From Octopus bimaculoides (lineage: Eukaryota), in assembly GCF_001194135.2 (NCBI RefSeq), contig NC_069007.1, positions 11,556,674 to 11,620,673 of the forward strand: 64,000 bases of DNA, in the 5' to 3' direction. Shown here piece after piece: positions 37,661 to 50,895 of the stretch. Numbering within the stretch: position 1 is the stretch's first letter; each line of letters begins with the position of its first letter. The position numbers and the translations under genes are program-made. The notes beneath the pieces are model-generated. The model had not been told where the DNA came from, did no database searches, and was given only the letters and a program-made list of their open reading frames with translations.

Positions 37661-38369
37661 TATTTGCAAGGAAATATAAAACTATAAAACAGGAATTTTA
37701 AAAATATATACAATTAAAGGGAATAAAACATGGAAGATTATTGGTGAGGGTGAGTCAGTGCATTTCTTTCCTGGGGAAGAATTGCTCTGAAGAAATTATT
37801 GCTTCTTACCTCATTTAGTTGTGTTATGTTGAGTTTTCTTTCTTTTCTTTTATTCTTTCATATTTTCCCCTGTAATTATTATTCCTTCTTCATCACACAA
37901 TGGAAGTCTGATACTACAGGTTGGTACTCTTAGAGGATAAAGTATTTATTCATCTGTTTGTAATACTGGGCCTAAAACTATTTCCTTCACTCTTTCCTCC
38001 CCAGAGTTTTGGCAGATGTTGCCCTGGAAACTGGTGCTTGTTGTTCTTTTTGCTGTCCTCTTCTTCAGGACATTTACCTCTCAAGTGTGTTTTACTCCAA
38101 CAAACATAACAACAAAACTCTCAACCCTGCATCATCAAACCTATCCCCTTTGTCTCCACACTTCTACTGGACACATTTCTGGTATTGCTCCATGACCTTT
38201 GGAGGTCATTAGGATTTGCAATTCCATTTTGATGTCCCCTGACCATACGTTACTTTCCCTTAACCCCACTTTGACCATTTTCCCATGATGCAACACAGAA
38301 CTCACCACTTACCATGGGTCCACATCATGTCTAATATCTCTTCATGTGACTCTTGTGTTCCAAGGATGA

Positions 38370-38627
38370 AAGTAAGGTCGACCTTCACAGAATTTGAACT
38401 CTGAATGTAAAGGCAGACAATACTGCTAACAATTCTTTTCTACTCAAAGCACAAGGCCTGAAATTTTGTGGGAGCGGGCCAGTCAATTAGATCGACCCCA
38501 GTATGCAACTGGTACTTAATTTATCGTCCCTGAAAGGATGAAAGGCAAAGTCAACCTCAGCGGAATTTGAACTCTGAACACAGAGACAGACAAAATACCA
38601 CTAACAATTCTGCCAGCTTACCACCTT
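38370..38627 (-). mobile_element. SINE family B dimer with one head
   Basis: Tail AGTAGAAAAGAAT fused to TGTTAGC of the next body at 38431/38432. Confidence 0.8.
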
Positions 38628-39539
38628 CAAAAAAAGCTACAATACGTGATGGCATAGCTGTTGCCATTTTGTAATTGAGACCATTTCTTTTGATATATCC
38701 TGGAAAACTTGTGTTACTTGACATCAAGAAAAATTTAATCTGCTTTCACCTTTTCATAAGCAGGGAGATATAGGTTTTCTCTTCATCTTTTCCTGGAATA
38801 TTTCTTGCGGCAAAGAAATATTGGATTTTGCAAAACTCTCCTACCAACATTTTTATTCTTATGACTACGATAGATTTTAAAATTCTATTGGTTAGATCTA
38901 AAGATTCTGTCAGATGTAGATCTAAAAATTCTGTCTGTTTATTTAGTGCTGCAAGAAGATTCATCTTCACATGGCAGTTATACCAACAGACCACAGTATT
39001 AGGAATCATATTGTTGTTATTGTTGTTATTGTTGTTATTACTGGTTCTGTCTTCCAAACTACTTGGACATTCTCTTCTCTTAACTCTTCTTTAAATTGTT
39101 CCTCTTCTTATACATTTAGTTGCATATTTTGATTTCATGTTGTGCTGTTTTTAACCATTGTTGTGTATTATTGTGTGATATGGTTTGCAAACAACTTGCA
39201 CATGCAAGTGCTACCAATCAAAAGCTCCACATATCAGAAGCCAGCAAGTGTATGGAGTCATCAGGAGAAAATGCACACCGTTTTGGCTCCTATCTCTTGA
39301 TGGCATCATTGTGCCCCCCCCCCCCTCACTGATATGAGGCCCCACTTGCTTNNNNNNNNNNCCCCCCCCCCCCTCACTGATATGAGGCCCCACTTGCTTG
39401 ATCAACTGGTTATCAAACAAAGCTCAATATTCTTCTAGCTGTCGCTCATCACCTCTTTTTAACTAAATCCAGTGTTTTGCCATTTCCACTGTAGTTTGGA
39501 TATCATTCATGGTGGTATTTACTTTAGATGGACACAAGG

Positions 39540-40700
39540 CAACATTGACCTCAGTGGGGTGTGAAATCAGAAAGTAAAGAGCTGCTAAGAAATTGGTTTT
39601 AAATTTTGACACTAGGCGAGCAGTTTTGGAGGAGGGGCCTAGTCAATTAAATTGACCCCAGGGCTCAACTGGTACTTATTTTATTGACCCCAAAAGGATG
39701 AAAGGCAAAGACGACCTTGGTGGAATTTGAACTCAGAATATAAAGATGGACGAAATGCTGCTAAGCATTTTGCCCGGCATGCTAATGATTCTTTTCTACT
39801 CTAGGCACAAGGCCTGAAATTTTGGGGGATGGAACCAGTCGATTAGATTGACTCCAGTACACAACTGGTACTTAATTTACTGACCCCGAAAGGATGAAAG
39901 GCAAAGTCGACCTCAGCGGAATTTGAACTCGGAACATAAAGACAGACAAAATACCGTTAAGCATTTCGCTCAGCATGCTAGCATTTCTAATTTCTTTATT
40001 GCCCATAAGGGGCTAAACATAGAGGGGACAAACAAGGACAGACAAAGGGATTAAGTCGATTACATTGACCCCAGTGCATAACTGGTACTTAATTTATTGA
40101 CCCCGAAAGGATGAAAGGCAAAGTTGACCTCAGCAGAATTTGAACTTAGAACGTAACAGCAGACGATATACCGCTAAGCATTTTGCCCAGCATGCTAGCG
40201 TTTCTGCTCGCTCACTGCCTTAGAGCTGCCAAAATCTTCATTTTCAAATTTCAGCACAAGGCCAGCAATTTTGGGGGGAGGGTGGGGGTGGTATAGTAAG
40301 TCGATTGCCACAACCCCAGTGTTTAACTGGTACTTGTTTTACTCACCCTAAAAGGGATGAATAGCAAAGTCGACCTTGGCAGAATTTGAACTCTGAACGT
40401 AAAGACGGATGAAATGCTGTTAAGCATTTTGCCAAAAATGCTAACAATTCTGCCAGGTTTAATTATAGGAAATACTGGTTTCAGAATTTGACACAAGGCC
40501 AGCAATTTTGAGTGAAGGGGTAAGTCGATTACATCATCGTCCCCAGTGCTCAACTGGTACTTATTTAAAATCGACCCCGAGAGGACAAAAGGCAAAGTCA
40601 ACCCGGGTGGAATTTGAACTCAGAATGTAGACACAGACGAAATGCTGTTAGGCATTTTGCTCATCATGCTGGTCTTCCAGCTTGTTACCTTAGAGCTGAT
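39540..40700 (-). mobile_element. Cluster of at least five head-to-tail SINE family B copies with differing tails
   Basis: Five GGCAAAG(T/A)..ACC..GAATTTGAACT blocks at about 39710, 39900, 40120, 40370, 40590. Confidence 0.9.
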
Positions 40701-41524
40701 CAAAATATCACAAGGTATTTTGTCTGACGCACTAAGGATTCTGTCAGTCCACTGCCATAAATATGATGATGATGACAATTGTGGTGGTGGCAGAGGGCAA
40801 AGGTGGTAATAGCAGTGGCAGTAGTAGTGGTGATAACGGCAGTGGTGGCGGCGATGGCTGACTTTGCTGTTGTTGTGTTGTTGTTGTTTATGCATGACAA
40901 GGTGGACATAGACAGTGATTTCTGAATCAGACACAAAAGACCTGTCCACCCCACCCTCACCCTGCTTCATGCCCATTCCACTACTCCAAGGGAAGTGCTG
41001 TAATTCATTAACTTTAACCCCAGTACCTGCTTAGTACCTTTGGCAGGGTTTGAACTCAGGCCATAAAATTTGGCAGTTAAACTCCCAAAAAAGATATTTA
41101 ATCAAACTCTTCACTGTTATATCCCCCTCATATATCCATTTTAATCTACTTAACTAATGGATTATTAAAACTCACATTCCTTGCCTTTCAGCCAGATTCT
41201 CCGTAAAATCTCACAATTTTCTTTTTCTTTTGGACATTTTTTATCTTATTTTTTAATCAATCAGTTTTTCTCTTGTGTATAAAGTGTACGCCCAAGTATG
41301 TACATGTGTGTGTGTGTATGGTGTATACACACACACACACACACATATATATACATATATTTATATATATATGTATATGTATGTATATATGTTTGTGTAT
41401 ATATATACATATATATATATACATACGCACATATATATGTATTTATATATAAATATACACATATATATATAAATATATTTATGTATATATGATATACATA
41501 TATTTATATGTATGTATATAAATA

Positions 41525-41574
<50 letters not shown>

Positions 41575-41579
<5 letters not shown>

Positions 41580-41680
41580 TTGGAGCCTGGTGTTGCCATC
41601 CGGTTTCACCAGTCCTCAGTCAAATCGTCCAACCCATGCTAGCATGGAAAGCGGACGTTAAACGATGATGATGATGATGA
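41575..41680 (+). mobile_element. Family C (RTE-type) 3' end
   Basis: CCAACCCATGCTAGCATGGAAAGCGGACGTTAAAC(GAT)n. Confidence 0.85.
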
Positions 41681-43371
41681 TGATATACATACACACACGC
41701 ATATATATGAATTTGTGTTTGTGTGCGTATGTGTCTAGATGCATTTGTGTGCATGCATGTGTATGTATAAATGTGTTTGCCTACATATTTGTACACTTGG
41801 TGGTACATTGGCTTTCGTGTGTATGTGTGTATATATATGTGCGTATATTTATATACCGAAGTATATAAGATTATGAGAGGGGTTTAACATATCTACATTT
41901 TTATTCTTTTTCATTATTCTCAATTTTAAAGAATTTATTGAACATTTTAGAGACAACATTTGTTGTTGTTGCTTTTTCTCGTCTGTATCCCTCCTCCCCT
42001 GTTGAACAAATTCAATCCATCCACCTGCAAGAAGAATTTTTAATTCCATCCAACCAAACTCTCTTAATGATTACAAACAAGCAACTCAGACACTGGTCTT
42101 GTCATTCTAGCCATCAGACAGTCTTCCTGTCCTCCTCCTCCACCTGTCAGACTCCTTCTTACACACTCTCTTTATCTCATTCACTGCCCAATCTCTTAAT
42201 CTCACACTTAGTGTGTCATCTCTTTCTATTTTCCTTTCTCCCTGTCTCTCTGCACTCATAAAGTTAGTTGTACACGCACACATACACACACACAAGTGCA
42301 TATATACATATATATACACATACACACACTCACACCTGTCTGTATATATGTGTTAATTTTTCATCACTTATTTTACCATACTCAATCTCATTCTTTCACA
42401 TTCCATATATCTTCTTTTCTATTTATGATATACATACATACATACATACATACGTGTGTGTGTATGTATATGTATATAAATATGTGTGTGTATATATATA
42501 TATATATATGTGTGCATGTGTGTATATATGTGTATGTATGTGTGGTTATATATATTTTGCATATTTGTGTACATACACATGCACACACACATATATATAA
42601 CTATGTAGGTTATGTATGCATGTTTTATATGTACTTTATATATATATATATATATATNNNNNNNNNNNNNNNNNNNNNNNNNNNNNNNNNNGATATGTAC
42701 ATATATATGAATGTATGTTTGTACTTGTTCCCTGCACCATCTTCTCTCTCTCTCATAAAATGCTAAAACCCTGATCTCTATATTGAGATTAAAGATTTCG
42801 GACAAACTGCCCAAACAAATATGCATCATCGTCATCAACATCACCATCATCATCACCACCACAAGCATCATCAACTTCAATATCATCAACTTCAATATCA
42901 TCATCAACTTCATTATGAACAGCAGTAGCACCACCACCACGTTGCTGCTGTTGTTGTTGTTCTTCGTTTTCTTCTACTGCTACTGCTACTACTACTACTG
43001 CTGCTGCTACTACTACTACTACTACTGCTCATTTCATTTGTCATCTTTAGGAAATATACTTCAAAATTTTGCATGTCTGTTTATTCGTTCCACCCCAAAT
43101 AGGTCTGGTTCCTCCAAAGTAAGACTTTTTCCCACAACTGATGTCTATACCATTTCGGCTGAATTTGGTGGTGGAAGAGGGATGACTCACCACATCTCAT
43201 ATCACACCCTCAACTTCTCTTACACTGAACACCATCCATGACCTCCACTAGTGATCCAGTACATATCGCAAAAGGCCTGGCTGGAGCCCCAATCTTCTGA
43301 GTTCTTTTACAAGTATATAACTGATATCTATCTTATACATACACACACCCATACATGCACACACACACATA

Positions 43372-43588
43372 CAAGGGGGTGCTGAGAAGTTCCTGGTTTT
43401 TAGGGCATTGCAAAAGGCCTAGTTGAAGGCCCAACCTTCTGAGTTCGTTAACAGAGCTTAGAAAACCTGAAGGACCACTGCAATAAATGTGTGAATCTGA
43501 GAGGGGAATATGTTGAATAAAATCATAATCAACTGATCCTCCTGTATTTTCCTTTACCCAAAACCAGGAGCTTTTCAGCACACCCTTG
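43372..43588 (+). mobile_element. Mariner-derived MITE
   Basis: TIRs CAAGGGGGTGCTGAGAAGTTCCTGGTTT / AAACCAGGAGCTTTTCAGCACACCCTTG; retains transposase end KCVNLRGEYVE*. Confidence 0.8.
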
Positions 43589-44019
43589 TGTGTATATATA
43601 TATATGTGTGTGTGTGTGTGTATGTGTGTGTGTGTATTTAATTTTAGAATTTATAGGAGCTACTGTCTTTGAAGACTCATATTGTTGTTTGAATGCTCAA
43701 AGTGAGGAGTAGATAGACAGCTGACAACTGATGAAAGGTCCTTCTTCTCTGTTAACATCCTGGTTTCCATTTTTTTCTCATTGTTTATATATTTCACTCA
43801 TTTTTGTTCTATAATTACTGTCCAGGTCTTGTATCTATCTCTCATGTGTATGTTATTTGCACCGTTGGTGGTGTCCTGTACCCATATATGCATGTACGTA
43901 TATATATATATATTATATTATATTATATTATATTATATTATATGATATTATTTATATAAATGTATATATATAAGCTGTGGGTAGTAATGTTATGAAAGCT
44001 AGCTGCTAGATTGTCAAGC

Positions 44020-44675
44020 GATGGTGGTGGTGGGGGGAACAAACATATATATACATATATATGATGGGCTTTTTTCAGTTTCCATCTACCTAATTTATTC
44101 ACAAGGCTTTGGTCAGCCCGAGGCTATAATAGAATACACGTTCCCAAGGTGCTACGCAATGGGACTGAACTCAGAACCATATGGTTGGGAAGCCAGCTTT
44201 TTACCACACAGTCATGCCTGCAGCCAACAACCTGTCCAGGTATAATGGGCAGAGAAGTTGGGCGGATACGCTTGCACGCACACACACATGCACACACATT
44301 ATATAGGCAAAGGCATGACTGTGTGGTAAGGATCTTGCTTCTCAACCACATGGTTCCAGGTTCAGTCCCACTGCATAGCACCTTGTCAGTGGATTTGGTA
44401 GACAGAAACTGAAAGAAGCCCATCATATATGTATATATATGTGTGTGTGTGTGTATCTTTGTACCTGTGTTTTACCTCACATCACTGCTTGACAACTGGC
44501 ATTGGTGTGTTTACATCTCTGTAACTTAGCAGTTCAGCAAAAGAGACTGATGAAATTAGTACCAAGCTTAAAGAAATAAGTCCTGAGGTCTATCTGTCCA
44601 ACTCAAACCCTTCAAGATGGTGCTCCAGCATGGCCACTGTCAAATAACTGAAGCAAGTAAAAGAATAAGAGAATA

Positions 44676-44708
<33 letters not shown>

Positions 44709-44805
44709 GTGCTACGGGCTTCCTTCAGTTTCCGTCTACCAAATCCTCTCACAAGGCTTTGGTTGGCCCAAGGTTATGGTATAAGACACTTGCCCTCATA
44801 TGCAG

Positions 44806-44846
<41 letters not shown>

Positions 44847-44998
44847 GCTTCTTTCAGTTTCCATCTACCAGATCTTCTCACAAGGTTTTGGTTGGCCTGA
44901 GGCGATAGTAAAAGACACTTGCCCAAGGTGCCATGCAGTGGGACTGAACCCAGAAACATGAGATTGGGAAGCAAGCTTCTTACCACACAGCCACACCT
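44020..44998. mobile_element. Cluster of SINE A copies in alternating orientation (44020-44222 -, 44312-44670 +, 44712-44795 -, 44842-44998 -)
   Basis: Direct comparison with 8467-8896. Confidence 0.85.
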
Positions 44999-45432
44999 AA
45001 TGTATAATATTATGTAATATATATAACATGATACATATCATATTTATCTAATGCTTCTTTTGGTAGTTATTTCATGTATCTATATACATATATAATATAA
45101 ACACACACACATGCACTGACTTCTCATTATATACATACTTCTTAGATAGAAATTGTATATACATATATACACACCACATATACACATGTACTGATAAAGA
45201 TACACTAAAGATACACTAAAGATACATTGTGTGTGCATGTGTGGGTGTGATGTACAATATAATGTTGCATATATATATATATATATATATAATAAAACAT
45301 GGCATGCGTGTATGTATGTATATGCATTATATATAACAACACTGAACACTTACCAGTATCCTATGTCTACATAACAATATTTCCTGAAATCTTAAAATGA
45401 AGAACTCGATGAAATCTCAGGCTGCCAATTAC

Positions 45433-45581
45433 CAATATGATTCCGCAAAGATTATCTTCAATTGTTTGCTTGATTTGCACAAGAATCTCTTCAAGACTCT
45501 GTTTAAACTTCAAAGTAGCTTTTGCCATTTTTTTGTTGAAATATTCATTAAATAGAATATATACTCTTTGCAAAGATAATA
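45433..45581 (-). CDS. Candidate exon, possibly carrying a start codon (aaaATGG at 45528: MAKATLKFKQSLEEILVQIKQTIEDNLCGIIL)
   Basis: Long pyrimidine tract ending tttttcag; donors gtaatt (after 45433) or gtaagt (after 45354); single open frame. Confidence 0.4.
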
Positions 45582-45789
45582 CTGAAAAAGAGAAAACAAG
45601 AGAAATAAAACAAAATAATAATAAGAAGAAGAAGAAAAAAAAACAATTGTCTGTTTTGTTTATCTTTGGTGGAATGTTGAATATTTTATTTATTTGTGTG
45701 TTTTGTGTTTTGTCTTGGGAAAGTGTATATTTGAAGGTGTATATATTCATGTGGGTGTCTAGTGGTGTGTATGATTGTATATGTGATTC

Positions 45790-46080
45790 ATCATCACCAT
45801 CGTTGTCGTTTAACATTTGCTTTCTATGCTGGCATGGGTTGGATGGTTTGCCTGATAAATGACAAGCCAGGAGGCCGCACCAGGTTCTGATCCGATTTGG
45901 CAAGGTTTCTACAGATGGATGCCCTTCCTAATGCCAAGCACTCTGAGAGTGTAGTAGGTGCTGTTACGTGTCACTGGCATGGGAGGGAGCCAATCAGGCA
46001 GCACTGACATTGGACATCCTTGAATGGTGCTTTTTACATGCCACCAGCACAGGTGCCAATCAGGTGGCACTGGCATCAGC
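45790..46080 (-). mobile_element. Family C repeat
   Basis: CGTTTAACATTTGCTTTCTATGCTGGCATGGG..GGATGCCCTTCCTAATGCC. Confidence 0.8.
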
Positions 46081-46491
46081 CATCTATTTACTCATATAAT
46101 GGCAAATATAGGAATATATGAGTGTGCCTATGCAAACATACACACTGTTGTTTCATCATTATTGCATTCATGTCCAGTTCTTTCATGGATCGGATGGAGT
46201 TCACCAAGGCAGATTTTCTATGGCTAGATGCTCACCCAAAGTAATATTTTCCCCGATATGTTTTCACAGAATACTGGAAATGAATGACACTGCTTATATA
46301 ACAGTGACACTTATTTACAGCTACCTTACAATGTCAAGACAAAGAGACATAAATACACACACACACATATTTTCACATATGTGTGTGTATGTGTATAAAT
46401 AGGCTTCTTTGAGTTTCCATCTACTAAATTCACTGACACGATTTTGATTCACCCAGGGCCATAGTAGAAACTACTTGCCCAAGGTGCCATG

Positions 46492-46655
46492 CACTAGCAT
46501 AGCTAGAGTATGTGCCACCGCGGCCTTTCCGTTAACCCCCCCCCCCCCGGACCCCACCAAAAAACACATACAGCAGACTCAAAAGTGGTGCCCCTTTAAA
46601 AGTGCCACCCAGGGCAGACTGCCCTTACTGTTCTCTCCACCCAGCTATGCTAGTA
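46492..46655. mobile_element. hAT-type MITE inserted in a SINE A copy (46400-46730, -)
   Basis: 8-bp TSD GTGCCATG (46484-46491, 46656-46663); 13-bp TIRs cACTAGCATAGCT / AGCTATGCTAGTa. Confidence 0.85.
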
Positions 46656-46901
46656 GTGCCATGCTGTGAGACTGAACTTCAAACCATGTATTTGGAAAGC
46701 AAAGTTTTTCTTTACACATCCACGCCTATTTACTCAAGTGCAATATGATTTCAATGATAATGTGGCTCTCCACACAACCACCACCATTTATCTCCCCACA
46801 TCTATAGTTTATCTCCTCATCTTTTTGTCTCACTCCATTTTAATGTGATTCACCAGCTTTGATCCGGATGCTTTGTGTTAAATCTTTTGAATTATACATA
46901 G

Positions 46902-47290
46902 GCACAGACAGAGCTGCGTAGTAGAAGAAGCTTCCTTCCCGACCATATGGTTGCAGGTTCAGTCCCACTGCATGGTACCTCAGGCAAGTGTCCTCTACAA
47001 TAGCCTCAGGCTGACCAAAGCTTTGTGAGTGGATTTAGTAGACGGAAACTGAAAGAAGCCCTTTGTATATTTATATATGCATGTATGTCTGTGTTTGTCC
47101 CCCACCACCATTTGACAACTGGTGTTCATTTCTTTACATCCCTGTAACTTAGCATTTCAGCAAAAAGAGATTGATGGAATAAATACCAGGCTTAAAAAAA
47201 AAAAGCTCCTGGGGTCAATCCATTCAACTAAAAATTTTTCAAAGCGGTGCTCCAGCATGACCACAGTCTAATGATTGAAAGAGATAAAAA
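46902..47290 (+). mobile_element. SINE family A, full copy
   Basis: Colinear with 8467-8896. Confidence 0.85.
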
Positions 47291-47786
47291 ATCATATCTA
47301 AGCTTGTGTTTATATTTACCAGTTGTATTCCTTTATGTCAAAAGTGCGACTTAGCCATTCGGTTTGGAAAGATTGATAAAATAAATGCCTGACTAAAATA
47401 ACTACTGGACATTTGGTATGATAGGATTTGGCTAAAACAATAGACCTGTTAAATGTGGTGCCTCAGCATGGCCACTATCCAATGACTAAAATCAATAGAA
47501 GAATAATGTAGCATATACTAGCATATTACTGGTATTCATTTTACCACCCCCCTCACTTGTCCTCTCAAAAGGATGACTAACTCAATGTAAACAAAATTAA
47601 TTAGTCTGGTCTTCCTCTTCTTTTTCGTTTTCTACTATTACTACTAAATAATTTTGCTGTCTTTCATATGAATAATGTTGTTCAGCTTCTATTTAATCTA
47701 GTTGGGCATGGTTGGCTGCCTTTGGTATAGCCACAGAAGTTTAAAAGTGTGCTTAAATATTGTTTTCATGATGAAAGCTTTATTTG

Positions 47787-47837
<51 letters not shown>

Positions 47838-47867
47838 CACACACACACATACATATACATATGTATA

Positions 47868-47910
<43 letters not shown>

Positions 47911-49109
47911 TATGTATGTATGTATGTATATGAAGTCATTCATGCTGGCCATGATTAAATGATTAAAGCTAAAGAATTTATGAGTACCGTTGATTTTGAA
48001 GAGAAGTTCGTTAAATTACGTCGTACAGTTGTTATGTTTTTGTTATTGTTTGTTGTTAAGTAAGTGATGAATAATAAACAATAAATGCATCAAGAAAACT
48101 TCAACACTTGAAAAAATGTCTGGCTTATCGTAAAGTGGTGAGGGTTTGTTAAAATTTCGAATATTTATTAACATCCTTTGTGTATTGTATATTGTGTTCA
48201 CTGACGTCCATCCAGTTGTTATGTAAATACTGTCAGCAAAGAAGGAATTCTATGCTTTTGTTTAGTAAACTGTTTTGTGCAAGCAACAGATGTGGTGATT
48301 AAATTTCAATACAAACCAAATGATTGGTTTTCAATGGCCCCTTTTCAACATGGTAGGTGTATATATTGTTATATTATCATCACAAAAACATTGTTCCTGT
48401 AGTGTGAACATAGAATGATTGTGGTTTGCGTATGCAATCAATGTGGATAAGTGTGCAACAGGTCTAGTGTGGACGTGCAACAGGTCTGATGCATAGGAGA
48501 ATGGCTTTATGCAATGCGTGTACTGCAAATGTACAAGAAGTGCAGTTTGAATGGGAATGTGTTGCATGGCGTTAAAGAAATGGTTTGTTGTGAATGTATG
48601 CTAAATAATTGGCTGTGATTAAGAATACACAGCATGTACAACAGATCTGGTACAAATGTACAATACATGTAATTTAATGAACATCAAATTTAATTTGAAT
48701 GAACAATAAATGTAATATGAATGAGCATATATGGTGTGGTTTTGTTTTCACTATTAGCTCCACATAGAAATTAGCAAACGTTGGTCCCAAACAGGAACCC
48801 GTAGAAAAATCTCTCAAAGTTTGAAGAGATATTTTATTTTGTCATTTGACCCCCTCCCCCTCTAGTTTTAATAAATCACGATGGCTGTGCTTTTGTTCTT
48901 TCTAATTATTGTTTTTACTCATGTCGACTTTGCCACTGTTGTTTTCTTCTATTAAGGAACTACACCAGAAAATGGTGCAAACTCTTGAAGGTTTCTCTGT
49001 TGTCTCATTCCAATGACTGAAAGCAAGAAAATACTTTGGACTTGATATACGAAGACCAATGTATAATGAATTATGATGATTAATGGAATTAGTTTATTTC
49101 ATCATCATC

Positions 49110-49460
49110 ATCATCATCATTTAGCATTTGTTTTTCCATTCTGGCATGGGTAAGATGGTTTACATGGAACAAATAAGCCAGAGAGCTGCCCCAGGCTCCA
49201 GTTCTCTGTTTTGGCTCGGTTTCTATGGCTTGACACCCTTCATAATGCCAGCCACTCCATAGAGTCTACTGTGTGTCTTTTATGCATCACCAGCTCTGAT
49301 GCACTTCGTGTAACATGTGCTCTGGTCACTTGAATTGGAGCCGTCCCTCTGTCATCAGCACTGGCCATGGCTATGATTTCACTTAGTTTGGCACATTTTC
49401 TAAAGCACAGCAAATTGCCAAAGTCTTGGTCACTCGTCATTGCCTCCATGAGACTCAGCA
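49110..49460 (-). mobile_element. RTE LINE 3' end (family C) including last ORF codons
   Basis: LRMLSLMEAMTSDQDFGNLLC.. matches 61930 LQALGLTEAMTNDRDL..; (CAT)n on + strand. Confidence 0.75.
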
Positions 49461-49518
49461 TCCGAAGATCATATTTCACCATCTTATAATTACTATGTGT
49501 GTACACACACAAACACAC

Positions 49519-49581
<63 letters not shown>

Positions 49582-50649
49582 TGTGGTACAACAATGCACC
49601 AATATTTACTAGAAATAGCAGTCAATAATATATGATGGTAAATTAAAGCTTCACTGTGTATATATATATTGGCAAAAATGTTTACGAGTGGCAAATATAA
49701 AGATTTTCAGCTTACCTGTAGGAAGAACATTAGATAAATGTACAACCCAGATGTGGATAATCTAGGACCTAGATTTCGAACTTTCCAAGAGCTTGCAAGA
49801 AGCAATGAAAATTTTTGAAAGACAAAATAATAAATGAGTGGAGATTGAACCAGTGAGTGTGTTAATTAATAAGGCATTAAAACAGAATGACTCTCCCCAG
49901 TTACGACAAAATATGCTTCAACACATGAATTCACATAAAGAATCTTGCAAACCAAATATAAAAATTAAATATATATATATCATCATCATTTAGCGTCTGC
50001 TAGCTATGATGGCATGGGTTGCACATTGTGACCAGAGCTGGCAAAGAACCACATTTACCTTATGTACAACAGTATATATGCGTATGTGTGTATGTTTTGT
50101 GTGTCAGTACTTATGTGCGTAAATGTGTGTTTGTGTACATGTGTGTGAGTATACACAGGCCCATATATATGTATATGATTATAATAGCTGTGTTAGCCTT
50201 CAGCTATATTACACATGAAATCATGTCATGAATGAAATCCATCTCTTCATATAAACACTTGCTGTGAAGAGAAGGCTGTCATCCATTTCTTGATAATCCA
50301 GAAATATTGATGCATAAACAGTTATCTTATAAAATAGAAAACAACAGAGATACTTAACCTATGTTTTATATATATTTTATATATTTTCATTTCTATATTT
50401 TTTATAATTGTGGGGAGTCAGGTCTATGGATTCAGTTTTTATTTATCTTTTACTTGTTTCAGTCATTAGACTGTGGCCATGCTGGAGCACTGCCTTGAAG
50501 AACTTTTTATTGAATGAGTCAACCCCTGTATTTAGTTTGTTTTTTTTTTTTAAACCCGGAAACCCGGTACTTATCCTATTGGTCTTTATTGCATGAATAC
50601 TTACAACATGCACACATCTTTGTCAATATATGTGTGTGTGTGTGTGTGT

Positions 50650-50895
50650 ATTGGCAGAAACGTTAGCATGCCAAGCGACATGCACAGCAGTATTTCGTCT
50701 GTCTTTACGTTCTGAGTTCAAATTCTGCTGGGGTCGACTTTGCCTTTCATCATTTTGGGGGGACGATAAATTAAGTACCAGGTTGGGACAAAAAAATAAG
50801 CGAAGGCTGGTGACAGAAAGGGCATCCAGCCATAGAAAATTTACTTCAACAAATTCCTTCCGATCCATGCCAGCATGGAAAAGAGGACGTTAAAT
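50650..50895 (+). mobile_element. SINE B fused to family C 3' end
   Basis: GCAGAAACGTTAGC..GAGTTCAAATT then AAGGGCATCCAGCC..CATGCCAGCATGGAAAAGAGGACGTTAAATG. Confidence 0.75.

Noticed and set aside
38868-38930. Three ~24-nt imperfect repeats (TAGATCTAAAGATTCTGTC) inside ORF 38746-39057
   Set aside because: Small local slippage duplication; ORF has no recognisable homology or strong splice sites.
39314-39399. Exact direct repeat either side of a 10-N gap
   Set aside because: Same artefact, at a poly-C run.
39540-40700. Regularly spaced repeats resembling a CRISPR array
   Set aside because: Units are ~200-bp SINE copies without unique spacers; eukaryotic context, no cas genes.
41849-42024. 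Minus-strand acceptor followed by GGWIEFVQQ, reminiscent of a Bcl-2 BH2 motif
   Set aside because: Only a few residues match; no BH1/BH3 exons or C-terminal anchor found, and another frame is equally open.
43655-43735. Possible further hammerhead (CTGTCT-TTGAAGA..AGACAG)
   Set aside because: Core, stem II and cleavage triplet too degenerate to support.
49711-49852. Plus-strand AG..GT segment reading LPVGRTLDKC..DLDFELSKSLQEAMKIFE
   Set aside because: Two in-frame stops and no recognisable homology.
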